Source: Cladosporium halotolerans (taxonomy: Eukaryota). Taken from it: a stretch of 64,000 nt of DNA. The notes under the pieces were generated by a model. The model saw only the letters and a list, made by a program, of their open reading frames with translations, was not told where the DNA came from and did no database searches. The stretch spans positions 248,001 through 312,000 of the forward strand of contig NW_027191475.1 of NCBI RefSeq assembly GCF_011745625.1, in the 5' to 3' direction. Positions 1 to 13,351 of the stretch are shown here, in pieces (within the stretch, counting starts at the first letter, position 1; each line of letters begins with the position of its first letter). The position numbers and the translations under genes are program-made.

Positions 1-2014
1 CGCTCCGTCAGCCCACCAACTGCTACGTCTGGCGCGCAGACGCCCAGTGCCTTTGACCAGCTCTTTGGACCGTCCTTTGCACAGTCTGGTAGCCGCAGTG
101 GTACTCCTCCCGCTACGAGCTTTGGTAGCCGTGCAGCACCCGTCGCAGCAGGCGTTGCCGGTGCAGCAGGCGCAGCAGGTGTCGCGGCCGCTGTTGCACC
201 ACACGTCGCTGGCTCCGTTTCTTCTGAGGGCAGGTCGACGCCTTCTGTGACGCCACCGCCAATGAGCGATGCGACACGGGAGGCTCCTGATGCCGACGAG
301 CCTCCTCCGCCTCCCGAGAGCCGCCAATTTACTCCCACTGAGCTGCCAATTGGCGGCCTTCGCCCTTCAGGTGAAAGTGAGGTTGGCTCAACCGCGGTCA
401 TCCCGCCTGCAAGCCGTGCCGGTGGCGCAGAAACCCCGAGAGACGTTGGCACCTCCGGTGTTGCCAGTCCGGACGAGGTAAGCGAACACATGCCTGGTGG
501 CTTCCCTGAGCCACAAGAGCCTACTTCGCAGGCCACCGAGGCAGAAACTGTTCCTGGCGCTTTCCCTACCGAGCATGCTCAGCCGAGCATTGCAGCGCAG
601 GAGATGTCAGGCCCTTCGACTACGACTGCGACACCATCTACCGCCCCAACGAATGGGAAAGACGATTTTGACTCCGCGTTTGCCGGGTTCGATAAAGCGG
701 AACAGTCGACATCATCTGGCGACCCTTTTGCCACAGCACCGGCTGAGGGCTCCAAGCCGCAGGGACGAGGCTTCAGCTCTGAGTTTCCTCCGATCCAGAA
801 CTTGGACGAAGACGAAAGTGATAGCGATGATGATTCTGACGATGGCTTCGGCGACAACTTTACCGCTGCTTCGCCCGCGAAACAGAATGGCGCTGCGGCG
901 GCGCCAGCGGGCGAGGACAAGCCGACTTCGCCAGCTGTTGCATCCGGTGACGACTTGGCCACAGCAAGGCCGGAATTTGTTTCCAACGAGTCAACTGCCA
1001 GCAACCTGCCCTCCGCTAGTGATGCGCCTTCGCCGCCAACTTACGAGGAGAGTGGCGAGAAGACTGACGGTGCCAGCGGCGAACGATCGAGCTCCAACCA
1101 ATTTCCGCCTCAGTTCGGCGGCCTGCTTCCTGCCAGAGATGATCCAAAATCGCCGCCCGCTCCTGCCGGCGAGCAGCCCGTTCCCTCAGAGGCTGAGAAG
1201 AGCCTGCAAACGCCACAGACATCTCTCTTCCCTCCCACGGCCGGTACTCCCGCCAGCACTACCGGTACTGAGTTCCATGATGCTCACAGCCGGCCCGTAA
1301 GCAGCGTCCCTGAAGGTGTCTCTGGCCCTTCTACGCTCCAGACGACTGCCGCGCCAGCCCAGAAGGACGCCTTCGACGAGTTCGATGAGTTCGATGACCT
1401 TGCTGAGGCGAAGGAGGCCGACAAGAGCGGCTCTGACGCCGACTTCGGCTTCGGCAACCACTCTCGTGACGCCTCCGAGTTCAACGCCGCTTTCGACTCG
1501 CCCGCAGCCAGCATGTCCACCACCATCGCGGACTCGCAGCAAGCCTCCAGGCAGCTTGGCGACAGCAACGGCTTCGGTTTTGGCTCTAGCACTTCCGCCG
1601 CAGGCACCGGAAGCAGCCAGCAGAACTCGTCTCATGACTGGGACGCCATTTTCTCTGGCCTCGATAACTCCGCGACGGGCAACATCGACACTTCTTTTGG
1701 CGGAGCCTCGAACAGCAATGACCCGTGGGAGACCAATGGCGCTGCCGCTCCCCAGCCCACATCGCCCCAGTCTACCGTGACCGCTAAGCCGCCCGCGCCC
1801 GCTTCTGGTGGCGCAATCACGCCCGGGGATGAGCACGACGACCCTATTCTCAAGAGGCTGACAGGCATGGGGTACAACCGCGCGCAGGCGCTCAGTGCGT
1901 TGGAGAGGTTCGATTATGATATTAACAAAGTGAGCTCGCCCGCGAAGTATCCTGACGACTAAGAATTGCAAGCTAACTATCGTCCAGGCTGTGGATCATT
2001 TGACCTCACAGTAA
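1..2014 (+). CDS. EDE1: 3' part of an Ede1/Eps15-like endocytic scaffold with a C-terminal UBA domain (5' end outside window)
   Basis: Frame 1 is open from base 1. The product is Ser/Pro/Asp-rich with DPF, DPW and FDEF-type motifs and a UBA-like end (DDPILKRLTGMGYNRAQALSALERFDYDINK). Intron 1930-1987 (GTGAGC..GCTAAC..CCAG) joins the final exon AVDHLTSQ*. Confidence 0.8.
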
Positions 2015-2657
2015 ATTTGCAGAAGTATGGCATGAAGCATGGCGATTCGATGGAATTGCCTTGAGACGAGACGAGATTCGGTTTCTATGTACAGTGTCGC
2101 GACCGTCATTTGTGGGCTCATGGAAGGTCGCTTGGAAGGAATCTTGTCCGTAGCGTAATGTATTTAAGATGGAATAACAATTTGTCAACAGCCACCATGA
2201 CGACCTTAAGACCGAACACTGGCGTGAAGTTCGAAACAAATGCAACGACACAGGTGTCCAGTGAGCCATCTCAGCCATGGAATCAATTGTCGACAATCGA
2301 TATCTAGAGCAGTGATTGCGAGGTAAAGCGCATGCAAGGTGACTTCGGCGTCGCGGATCCGCCAGCTATGGCGTGCTTCATGCTCGGAATTGCCAACTTC
2401 TCAACTGCACTGTTATCGCGGTCGGCGGGGCCAGCACGCCATGCATATCGTCCGAGGCGAGGCGGACGACGCGATGATGCTTACACGATCTTCAATACCA
2501 AATCTTGCTGACTTCTTCGATGTCCTTGATTGATGGTTTTGCGCTTTTGCTTTGGGCTCTGAGAGCGACATAGTCTCATATATAACCAGATCGTTTGAAT
2601 TGTTTTCCTGGAGCTCGATTGACGTTGCTGATAGAACTACGCTATATAGTACAAACA

Positions 2658-4249
2658 ATGAGCGAACAGTATCTGAACGTCAAGACCGTCGCTGTCGTCG
2701 GCGCAGGTGTCAGCGGCGTTGCGTCGGCCGTTCACTTACGCAAAGCCGGCTTGGACGTCACGGTCTTCGAGCGCAACGCACACATCGGAGGAGTCTGGTA
2801 ATCTTAGACCATTTTTCCCAAATTCTCACACAATATCCATTGACAGCCATTAGGTTCTTCGACGAACGCACCTCAAAAGACGCCGCCTACCCCTCCGTCA
2901 CCCCGTCCGTCGGCGACTCGCCAGCTTACGAGCGCTCGCTTGACAAGCGTAAGGACAGCGCGAGCGGCAGCCCTGTTGAAGGCGAGGGCGAGACGTCGAA
3001 ACCTGCGGCTGTCGACTTTGCTCCTCCGGGCCCTTGCTATGAGGGTCTCAAGAACAATGTCTCGACGCACGAGATGGAGATGCAATGCCATACCTGGATG
3101 GAGGGCACCGAGGAGTTCGTTGGCCAGAGCGTTGTCTCAGAATATGTAAGGGGTGCGGCTGAGGGAAACGGGATTCTGGAGCGAGTGAGGTTGAACACAA
3201 GGGTCGATCGGGTGGCGAAGGAGGGAGGAATGTGGAGGGTTGAAACTTCGAGATTGGAACACACGGGGCTGGGACCGCGATATGAAAGGGCAGTCGAGTT
3301 GTTCGATGCCATCGTCGTGGCTAATGGCCACTATCACGCGCCTAACATCCCTGATTTTCCCGGGTTGAAAGAATGGAAGGCTGCTTTCCCGGACCGCATT
3401 CAACACTCCAAACTCTACCGCCGCCCGGATGATCTCAGAGATCAAACCGTTCTTATCGTTGGCGCTGGAGTGTCCTCGACAGACATTGCGCGTGAGCTCG
3501 GCCCTGTCGCCAGAACAATCTATCAATCTTCCCGCGGCGGACCCTACGACCTCCCCAGTCACCTACTGCCCGACAACGCCGCACGTGTCCCTGGTATCGC
3601 TTCTTTCTCCCCTCTGCCTCGAATCAACAAACCTTTAGACCACGGCGCACCTCTCCCCGGCACAATAACCCTCACCGACAATTCAACCCTCTGCTCCATC
3701 GACCGCATCATCCTCGCCACAGGCTACCACTCCTCTCTCCCTTTCCTCCGCAACTTGCACGCCGACCACCTGTCGTCAGATTCCGCTCCGCCCGACATCC
3801 TGATTACGGACGGTACGCACACGCACAATCTGCACAAAGATATCTTCTACATCCCAGACCCTACCTTAGCTTTCGTCGGTATCCCTTTTCACACGGCCAC
3901 GTTCTCGCTCTTCGAGTTCCAGGCCATTGCGCTGGCCCAAGTTTTCGCCGGGAGAGTACCGTTGCCGCGTAAGGAGGACATCAGAGCGGAGTATGACGAG
4001 CGGTTGAAGAAGAAAGGTGCTGGGAGAGGCTTTCATAGTTTGAGGGGAAGGGGCGAGGAGATGGGATATGTGAGGGAGTTGGTGGACTGGGTCAATGGAA
4101 GTCTTGGAGAACATTCGATGAGGGGCCATTCGGAGAAGTGGATTAAGAGTTATGGAAGGCGAGTACAGAGGATGGAGGCGCTGTTCAAAGCGAGTAGGGA
4201 TTCGGAGGTAGATAGCCAAGTGGCGGAGGCGAGGGTGCCGTGCTCCTAG
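2658..4249 (+). CDS. Flavin-containing monooxygenase (FMO-like)
   Basis: Exon 1 MSEQYLNVKTVAVVGAGVSG carries the FAD GxGxxG motif; intron 2798-2853. Also GHYHAPNIPD, an FMO fingerprint variant FPDRIQHSKLY, a second dinucleotide motif VGAGVSS and ILATGY. Confidence 0.9.
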
Positions 4250-4690
4250 GTAGTGGAAGTGGTAGTTTCACCAGCGTTGAGTCTGCGGAAGGCATTTTGG
4301 AACAGACGATACACAAGACGATCAATATGCAAGGCTCTAATCAGCATAACCGGCCAGGGAGCACCTCACTTTGAGATAACACAATCTCGAACAAGAGCTC
4401 TGTGGCTGGGAAATAATGTTGGTTGACACTGATCAATCATTTTATCAGCTTTGCATTTTTATCCAGGCTCTGTTTGCCTGCGCCATGTCTGCATTTCGCT
4501 ATAATCAAACCGGCCCGCCAGGGAATTTCCAAAGTCGAGACTGTATGCTCGGCTCGCCATCCAACATTCACATCAGTCTTCAGTCATCAAAAGCAGTAAG
4601 CCATGCAAACAGCTTGTCCCAAGCGGAGCAGATACCACAATACCGTGATGTTCGTGAGTGCCCCTGCGAACGAGGAAGTGCTTTCCGTCC

Positions 4691-5722
4691 TCACTCATTC
4701 AACAAGACGAGCCTACTCGACGGCTCCCACCCAATGTTGGCAACATACATCTTCCTCCTCCCACCCACATCTTCCTTCGCAGCATACGCGTGGAAAGCCA
4801 TATGCTGCGCGTCCCAGTCGACATCCGCATGCCCGGGCCCCCAGACCCCCCTCGGCGTTCCAGAAACCAACAGCGGGAACCGCGCCTTCTCATACTTCCC
4901 TAAGATGCTGTCGGATGTTGCGTAGCTCCCGCTGTAGTGCTCACTCGTGTAGCACTGGCTGCTGAAGTGTAGCACGTAGACCGGGCCGGGCAGACGGACG
5001 AGACTGGGGCCTTCGACGAGCGGACCGTCGCGCTCGTCGCGGTTGAGGATCTCTGTCGCTTCGCCTGTGAACGTGTAGCCGTCTTCGCCGACGGGCTGCA
5101 GGATGATGGGCGTGGGGATCTGGGGCGCCTCCTCGTTGTTGCACAGCCCGCCGTGTCCGATGGCGTTGCCGTCGATCTTATACAGCAAGTAGCGCTGGCC
5201 GTCTGCGTCGCGGAAGGCGGAGGCGTCGATCGCGCCGCCGAGGTTCGTCGGGCAGGCCATGGGGGAGTCGGAGACGGAGTCGTAGGGCCCTTCGATGCGG
5301 TCGGAACGCGCGGCGCCGATGCAGTGGAAGCGGCCGTTGCCGGCTGTGTTGGTCGTTGCCGAGAAATAGAGCATGAAGGAGCCATCGTCGAGCTGGAAGA
5401 CATCGGGGGCCCAGACTTTGGGGTTCGAGGCATCGACCCAGGGAGGGAGGGTACGCAGGGCATCGTGGCCCTCGTGAAGGCTCCACGTGTTGAAGTCGGA
5501 GGAGGTGGCGAATTGGACTTTGATGTTCGTATGGTCGTAGATCGACTGTGTGCCGAAGGCGTACCAGGTTGAGCCGACTCTGATGATGGATGGGTCGGGA
5601 AAGTCGGTGTCCACGACGGGGCCAATAACATTGCGCTTGGTCAAGGGGAAGGCGGAGGAGAGGATGCTTAGGCCCAGGAGGGCTACTGCAGTGAGAAGGC
5701 CGTGCATCGTGGAGGAAACCAT
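4691..5722 (-). CDS. Secreted glycoside hydrolase family 43 (arabinanase/arabinofuranosidase/xylosidase-like)
   Basis: Hydrophobic signal peptide, then KR (FPLTKR|NV). GH43 motifs FPDP, VWAPD, IDAS, VEGP and GPGH. The start is ATG 5722 or 5707; the upstream ORF extension is unlikely to be coding. Confidence 0.9.
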   Translation of the reverse strand: MVSSTMHGLLTAVALLGLSILSSAFPLTKRNVIGPVVDTDFPDPSIIRVGSTWYAFGTQSIYDHTNIKVQFATSSDFNTWSLHEGHDALRTLPPWVDASNPKVWAPDVFQLDDGSFMLYFSATTNTAGNGRFHCIGAARSDRIEGPYDSVSDSPMACPTNLGGAIDASAFRDADGQRYLLYKIDGNAIGHGGLCNNEEAPQIPTPIILQPVGEDGYTFTGEATEILNRDERDGPLVEGPSLVRLPGPVYVLHFSSQCYTSEHYSGSYATSDSILGKYEKARFPLLVSGTPRGVWGPGHADVDWDAQHMAFHAYAAKEDVGGRRKMYVANIGWEPSSRLVLLNE

Positions 5723-6125
5723 GCAGTGTGTTGATGTGATGGTGTTGACAATCGAATCGGGCAACAAGTGATTGTAAGATCGTCTGACTGGGAGAGGAAC
5801 GTCTCGAAGGGGCCAAGGAGAATGAGGACGCAGAGGGAAAAGTCGTTGGAAAATACCAACCGGGCGTCTCCTTCTTATAGACCGACAAAGTTGAAAACAA
5901 CCGGACACGAGTCTTTGCGTGACCCGCACGTGTGCCTCCACGAGCCGTATACCATACCCAAACCGCCGCCAGCCATCGTCAATCACTGCACCCCACAAGC
6001 CGGAGGTCAATCAATAATGACGTCCGTGAAGACCAATAGAGCAGCACAAGACCACAGTCAGACGCCAGCGGAAGTCACGATGTACCCATGGTATTGGACG
6101 TGAACGTCCATAGGGTAAACCAGAG

Positions 6126-6133
6126 CGGCTAAA
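6126..6133. promoter_or_regulatory. Candidate XlnR/AraR-type site (CGGCTAAA) upstream of the GH43 gene
   Basis: Matches the GGCTAAA / CGGNTAAW consensus about 400 bp upstream of a hemicellulase start. It is a single short motif and could be chance. Confidence 0.35.
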
Positions 6134-8289
6134 GGAAGCCGGCCTAACAGGAGAATTTGGCACCCGCGGAAATAGTAGAGAGTAACATGTGCTGGAGACG
6201 GAATGCAGAGGCCCGACGAGCATCCGCTGATCTAAGGCCGAAGCTTCACGCAAGATGCGTAAGATGGAAATGACATGTAAGATCGCCTAGCGCAGCCTTG
6301 CCATCGAGAGGGGTAGATACTCGGGCGAGTCAAGGTAAAGTACTAGAATGAGGCTTGTCGATCATGGAAAGAACGGCGGTCGCTGTAAACTCCCGAGGAT
6401 ATCTAGAAACTGCGACGCCATCTTGGTGTGCTAGAGAGCTAGGCATTCAGGCATTCCTTGAAGTCGTTTGGGAGAGAATTGTTGGCAAACGGTATTGTTC
6501 GCAGGGCGTCAGCGAAGCATGAACGCCCAGTGAATTGGCACGTTGTTTCCAAAAAGTTCCTTGCATAGCTCTCATTGTCAATTCGCAGACCTTCGTCCGA
6601 GAGAGTATGACCAAGGGGATCGACCGTCCACATACCGGCATCCTCCCAGCCAAGCCACCAAGCCTCACCAGCTGATGTTGCATAGTCTTGCGGTGCAATA
6701 CAGGTACAACGGAATGGTGGTATGCTCCGACTCGCGGACCGACACACCGCCTCCCCTCCGCGGCATGTGGAGCGAAACGAGGGGGCTGGGGCCCAAGGAA
6801 CGAAAGTGAAGTCGCAGCAGGAATGCGGGGCATAGGGTCTCCGTGCCGGACCGCAACAGGCACGAAAAGCATGTAGAAGCATTCGCCTGATTGAGCATGA
6901 AGCTCGAGGATATGACGGCACGCCTACCAGACAGCAGGTAGGTTTGCACGCTGCTCGCTCGCGCGAGAGAGAAAAGCAACGCACATGCCCGCACATCCAG
7001 TGCGAGCGCGGGCAGGCGAAGATTCTCCGATGGATAATGCGCTTTGCTCCTTCATTCACAGCTACGCCTGTCTTCGGAAGCCGCCGTGTTGCAGTCGAAG
7101 ACGGGAGACGTTCCAAGCCGCTGACCGCAGCGCACGTCGGTACCGCCTAAAAGAACTGCGCTGGCACGCTTCTCCTCGCAGGCGGTCGGCTCACATTTGC
7201 CCGAGCGAGAGCCGGCTCCAATTGCGCTACGCAAGGCACATGATGCTGCTTCGAGAAGAGGGGAAGAAGAAGGACTGGAGAGCTCGCATGCACGCTAGGG
7301 AGGTGAGGTTAGGCCACCGGACTCGGTCAGCTGGGGTGCAGGATTCCGCGTGAAGACCGGCTTCATCATGCAAGCAAGAGAAGGGTCTAGGGTTTTCTTC
7401 GGCTAGGCTGAGGTGTAGATCCTGGTGGGAAGGGTAATGTTTTTGCGGTCAGATGGTAGTGTTTTCAATAACGAGCCATGGCTTGTGTGACGGTCTAATC
7501 GAAGTTGTAGGTAACCGGTCTACGCACAGTAGTGAATGCTGCCTAACGCCTCAGCCTCTACAAAACCGTGATTAACGGTCTTTTTGCACAGCAATCAGTG
7601 CTGAACAGGCGCCTAATCCTTGTTCGAAGGTTTCCTGTGCTTGGATACACTGAGCGGCATAAGCAACTTCAAGTCAGCGACGATCTACACTCTCGCCGAG
7701 CGGACGGTTAGTGCAGTTCGCCCTTGTGTGGTCGCGTGAGCCCGCAACTGACAACAAACTCGCCGTTGGCGCGTGAGGATTTGAGTAACAGAGCGGTCGG
7801 AAAGTTGACTCGTGGTATATCGGTCGAGGCCAAAGGGCCCACATCCCGACGTCCGAAGACTCGGCGCATGAACGGTAGCACAGCACCTCTCAGACCGCCG
7901 TGTGACGTTGGCGGCGGATGATGTGCAGAACGCGAGCAGACAGTTAAGAAGGGGTATCCTTGCAGCAGTTGGTAAGAGTAGAGTCTTTGATCGATACTCG
8001 AGCTAATCTGCAAGCTCGCGCGCCCTGCTTCGATCTCTCTCGCGCGGGCTGTCGTTTCCTTCTTTCTATACACATACATGCAACGCATACAAGTATCCCA
8101 AATTACCCCACCAACTTCCCCGGAACGCCTTGCTCTACAGAGTCTTGGAATGTGATGTGATGTAATGACCGCCGCGTTGTAAGGGAACAATCAATCACGC
8201 TTCTGCTGCCGGCAGAATTTACATCTGCTCCCAGTGTGTGTATCCTCGTGCTCTTGTGACTGTCGTCTCTCCCAATCCTGTGCCTTTCT

Positions 8290-9263
8290 TTACATGACCT
8301 TGTTGAAAGCCGGGATGAGAGTCTGCGCCAGCCAGAAGGAGAAAGTGAGCTTGGGGCCAGTCATGAGCAGCTTAGGCAGCAGGCCCTTGAAGAAAGCAGT
8401 CGGGCCCTCGTAGCGGATCATGTTGGCGATGACGCGCGCGCCAGTCTCCTTGACCTCGAAGTTGCGGTTCTGAATGCGGGTCTTGACGACGTCAAGGGGA
8501 GCGGAGACGATGAGCGAGGCGGAGGAGCCGGCGATGGAGGCGACGAAGTTCTGCGACCAGGACGCGGCGTTGTAGTCCTGCAGCTTGTAGAGGTACTGCT
8601 TAGCGGCCGCGGAGCCACCGAAGAGAGCGAAAGAGCCAGGCGCGTTGCGCGCAGCCGTCCAGCCCCAACCTCTGTACAGACCGAAGCCCTCATCCGCCAC
8701 GATGCGCAGCACGCCGCGGCCACGGAAGGACTCAGGGTTTGTCTGCCTCTTGATCTTAAGAACGTCGAGCGGGAGCAGGACGATCTCACCGATACCGACC
8801 AAGCTCCCGGCGGTGGCGTGCATCATGGCCTTGCCGTTGCCGGCGCCGAAGGTGCGGTCGAAGGTGCTGCCGTGGTTCTTGGACAGGTAGTCGCGCACGA
8901 AGGGCTGGCCGCCGTACTTGTACACGCGCTGGAGGACCTTGTAGGCGGCGGCATAGCCGAGACCGGGGAAGAGGGTGAAGAAACGGCTGACGGCGGGCTT
9001 GCTGGCGGCGTCCTTGAAGATGACCTGGTTGAGCTGCGAGGCGCCGGAGATCTTGGTCTGGTTGGACATGAGACGCTTGGCGATGGTGTCGACGGGGTGG
9101 AAGACTGCGAGCTCGGCGATACCGGCGGAGCCTGAGAGGTGTTGTTAGCATCTGGTAGGTGTGTTTTGTGGCATTGAGGTTGTCAATGCGTACCGGCACC
9201 TAGAATGCGAGCGGCCGTGGACTCCTTCTGGGCATCCTTTGCGGAAGATGCGATGGGAGACAT
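8290..9263 (-). CDS. GGC1: Mitochondrial GTP/GDP carrier
   Basis: Exon 1 MSPIASSAKDAQKESTAARILGA, intron 9132-9193, then GSAGIAELAVFHPVDTIAKRLM. Three carrier signatures PVDTIAK, PLDVLKI and PLDVVKT, plus the GGC1-typical YKYGGQP. Confidence 0.93.
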
Positions 9264-10543
9264 GGTTGGGATTTTGTGCTGAGGAATGGACGCCGCGAAC
9301 GCCGGAGCTGATGAAATGATCAAGAATACACGACAGAGAGAACGGAATGGGATGCGGGCGGGCGGTGATGTCTGGCGATGTTGTTGAGCACGCGAGCCAA
9401 AAATGCGAGATGCACTACTCGATCCCCGGTCACCCTCCGTACTTTTTCCAGGGCAGCGCGCGCGACAGGTCGACGTCGGCGCGCACGAGCCAAGCGCCGA
9501 TGTCCGCCGAACGCTTGCCCTGCCCTCCGCATCTCCATCGCACTTCGTCTTCATTAGTGGTTGGCTTTGCTAATGCTTCATTTTGGGTGCGATAAGTGTT
9601 TTTTGGTATGATCGAAGATGTGTTTCACAGGCACGCTTTTTACCCTAAGAGCAGCGGCATGAGGACGACATTTTTTGATGTGCTGTTGACACTGTCTGGT
9701 TCGCGTAAATACCGGCTACTTGCACTTCTTCACAATGACAAAATAACGTGGCTTACTTGAATTTTCGAGAGGCCTTCTGGCATAGCTGAGATTTCAGATT
9801 GCGTTAAGATACACGCCCATCTGATCGTTGGCATTGATTGGCTTTAAGGGCAACTAGGACAAAAGCAACGACTGTGTGGAAGATGACGAAGTGGTTGATG
9901 GATTGGATGCGTTTGTGGTCGCGAAGGGAGAGCGCCTTTCATGCCTTCGTCCACACTGTGAATCGGCAATGCCAATACATTGACACACGTCAGATCTGTC
10001 GATTACATCTGCTGGATCAAGGGGGTTGAAAATCGCGTAGCAGTCTATGGAATACTGTTAATTCCTTCACTTCAACAAATGAATCGATGTGAATACAACC
10101 TCGCGTCGCTTGCTGTCAAGGCTCGATCGGATGTAAGAAAAACGAGCACACAATGCAGAGATCCGGCTGATGTGGAATGTCAGATTGGACCTCTTGCTCG
10201 AAGAGCGTCTGTCGATACTAGACTCAGACGAACAGATGTGTTCAACTTCGCAATTGATGTGTGGGCGAATGATCGTCACTCTTCGCAGCATCGAAAGGGT
10301 GGCCAGAACAATGAGTATTTCTTACCGGATGTCCCCAGGCCGGTAGGAACCCCAGCCTCTATCATCGACGATACGTTTCAATCGTCCGTATTGATTCACA
10401 TCCGGAACACCCGCCGACCAAGGCTTCAGCTCGTATACTGAGACGAGATCATCCATTTCTGCATTGCAGACTATTGAGACGTTGCAGATTACGGACCGTC
10501 GAGCCCCATGAAATCAAATCCGCATTGAGCCCGCGATCCTGAA

Positions 10544-11233
10544 TCACGCCGAGCTGGAAGACTGCATGCTACTATCGTACATATTGGCCGCCAGAACCAC
10601 GACGATCACAGACGCCACCGCAACATCCATCCCCGCCACAACATCAACCGCCCACTCGAGCTTCTTCCCAGGAACATACACAGACCACTTGTCAGTCCGC
10701 TTAGCCGTCATGACAACCTTATCACCCAAGTAAACATACGTCCGCTGCTTCCAGATATCCTGTCCCTCGACGTGCAGCGTCACTTCCTCGCCGCCAGCTG
10801 CCGCGTTCTGGACGGTCACTTCAAGCTTGTCCTTCAGCGAGCTGGCGCGCGGCGCAAGCCGCATGATGGGCGTGCCGCTCGCGCCGCCGGGCAGCTCGAC
10901 GTACCACGTGACGCCTACGAATTTGTGGTACAGGTCGAACAGCGGGAGGCCCGAGGCGTCGCAGAAAGACCGCTTGCTTTCGAGCGAGCCGTACTTGCCG
11001 TCGACGTAGAGTAGGACAGGGCATGGTGAGACCGTGTCAGCGTTAGCACTTCCCTCCGCGCTGGAGAATTGTTTGGCGACGGAGTCCGTGTCGGCGTCTG
11101 GGCGGAGGATGGTGAAGCGGCCGCTTGATAGGCCTTTGCCGTGCTGTTGGACGCGGAGCGTTGTTTGCTGATCGACGATGAGCTCTGGTCGAATGCCGAT
11201 GGGCTGTTTGATGGGGGTGAGTTCGGGGAACAT
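10544..11233 (-). CDS. LURP-one / Tubby C-terminal-like (Tub_2) domain protein
   Basis: Single-exon ORF with family-like segments (F.DASGLPLFDL, W.VDV..GMD.A). The start may be ATG 11233 or 11293. Confidence 0.7.
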   Translation of the reverse strand: MFPELTPIKQPIGIRPELIVDQQTTLRVQQHGKGLSSGRFTILRPDADTDSVAKQFSSAEGSANADTVSPCPVLLYVDGKYGSLESKRSFCDASGLPLFDLYHKFVGVTWYVELPGGASGTPIMRLAPRASSLKDKLEVTVQNAAAGGEEVTLHVEGQDIWKQRTYVYLGDKVVMTAKRTDKWSVYVPGKKLEWAVDVVAGMDVAVASVIVVVLAANMYDSSMQSSSSA

Positions 11234-12011
11234 GATTTTTGTGATAGTTCTGAAGGTGAGAGTGGCGAAGTTGGGGGGAAAGGGGATGATCATGTTGAGT
11301 CTGTATGTGGTTCATAGCCAATTAAGCATGCAGCAACTCGCCTCACGAGTCATGATACTGGTCTTGAGACGGCAAATAAACGACGGATTCTCGAAGGATG
11401 GCAGTTTGAGTGGGGCGCTGTAATACTCTCAGCTCGCCGAGCATGCCAATAGTCAATTAAATGGACATGGCGATCTTCATTCTATCCGGTAAATACATTG
11501 AGCGTAAGCTGAAATGTTCCTTGTTTTGATTCTGCCTGGTTACAAGTGTTGAGGCGTTCGACGTAGCATTGAGAATTAGCGCCCTCGCGAACCCATGATG
11601 TTTCTCCATGTCTCGGAGCAGACGTGTAAGACGTGAGGAGTGGCTGCAAGACGCATGAGTAACGTCAATGGATGGGCAAAAATTTGCCGCTTCCTTGCCG
11701 TGTCGTAGACTGTCTGAACAATCGAAACAATGACTGCTGTCACGTGTTTCATTGCCCCGGCGATCCCGGTCGTTTATTTGTCCATCTCCATTGCCATCTA
11801 TGCGCTGGGTTTCATCGCTCTCAGGCATCGATGTCTACTCGTCGCACCAAGAGTTGGTTTTCAATATCCCACGATTGCTACCGGTAATCACTGGCCCGAA
11901 TACGGCATGGACAGCCTCGGGGGTCCGTTGGCTGTCATCTGGATATCGCACTCACTGCCGGTCTGGTTTCTCGAAGCGGTGATCTGACAGCATGAACATG
12001 TTGATCCTCGA

Positions 12012-12578
12012 TCAGGCTATGTATGTCGTGGGCCTCGACATAAGCTCGCTCAATCTAATAATAGGCCAACCAAGTAATGGCACAATTACTCTCACAACAC
12101 CAATGACGTTCTCCCTGGAGGCAAAATTTTGATCACCAGGGTAGAGCTGGACGTCGTTTGCGTTGTTGTTGTCGCCTTTCGTTAAAATGCATTGGTCTTG
12201 ATGATACTGGTCTTCGGGGACGTCTTCTCTTCGAACAAAGTGAGTCTCAACAGCCCGATGAACCTGTACAATCCATCAGTCAACATGTGACACCACACCA
12301 AGATACATAACAGCACTCACCATTGGCAACGGACGATGCTCGAACCAAACAACGGGTATATCCCCAACTCGAACGAGCTCCTGCCGATCCCACAGCAGAA
12401 GGATATCGCCTCGCCGAAACGCCGGCTCCATCGACTGAGAAGTGACGACGACGATCGGCGTTGGGCTATCGGCCGCGCAGGCGATGGCTTTCCATGCCAT
12501 GAAGACGGAGGCGAGAACGCTGACTATTGAGTATAAAGCGTATGCGGCTCGACGGAGCTGGAGGCTTGTTGGCTCCAT
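12012..12578 (-). CDS. Signal peptidase complex catalytic subunit Sec11-like (S26B), divergent paralogue
   Basis: Exon 1 ..PIVVVTSQSMEPAFRRGDILLL..LPM, intron 12264-12320, exon 2 VHRAV..LTKGDNNNANDVQLY..VIGVVRVIVPLLGWPIIRLSE..*. Confidence 0.85.
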
Positions 12579-13351
12579 GGGCGGGAAAAGTTGAATGAAT
12601 GAATCGAGGAGTTGGGTGATTGATCCTCACTTGATGTAAGCTTTGATTGGTCAGTGATGATAGAGAATGCTCTCGAGCGTGTGAGACACGGTAGTAACGT
12701 CGAAGTCGACCACAGCCTTCAGTTGCAGAGGACCTGAGGCTGCGTTCTGTGGGCCAGGCTTCAGCACCCAGGTGCTCCTACATTAGTTTGACACCACCCT
12801 TCTATGAATCTACGCGAGTCCGGGATGGGTTGGAGTCGCACGATCTCTCAGAACCCTAGTGACAGTTTAGCGCTGAAGGGTTACGAGGTGCTTGATCTCA
12901 GGCATTGGCATGGGACATGAAGATCGAATTGAGATTCTAGTCTATTGAGAAATGGCAGTGAGCCATCAGGGCGTGCACATCAGCGATGTAGCGAGGTTAC
13001 ATATGGCATTTGAACGTCACGGCCCTACTCATCAGACGGATGCTGGTCAGGAGCCAGACTGGGTTTGCATGTGCCCGGAGACGATCATCTTCTCTCTGTC
13101 TGTGGATGGGAAAGTTGACATCATTGGACTTCTTGTGAAAAATGATTTTGGTGGATGATGTTCAAACAGAAATCTTTTCACATTCGTAAAACCGTAACCT
13201 CTAAGCCCTCGTTGCAGGCCAGTGGGCCGCTCTATGTATTGACCCATTTCAAGTATCATGCAGTATGTCTGTCAACAGAACCCAAATGAGTTCCGACTCT
13301 TGTTCCTTCCATCTTCTCAAAGTTTTGGGTATCAAGAATTGCTCAAGCCGC

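Noticed and set aside
6439..8190. Several 100-225 aa ORFs between GH43 and GGC1
   Set aside because: No motifs or codon bias, and Arg/Cys-rich random-looking translations; probably promoter and UTR sequence.
9838..10480. Short ORFs between GGC1 and the LURP-one gene
   Set aside because: I could not assemble a coherent spliced product or recognise a domain; a gene relic cannot be excluded.
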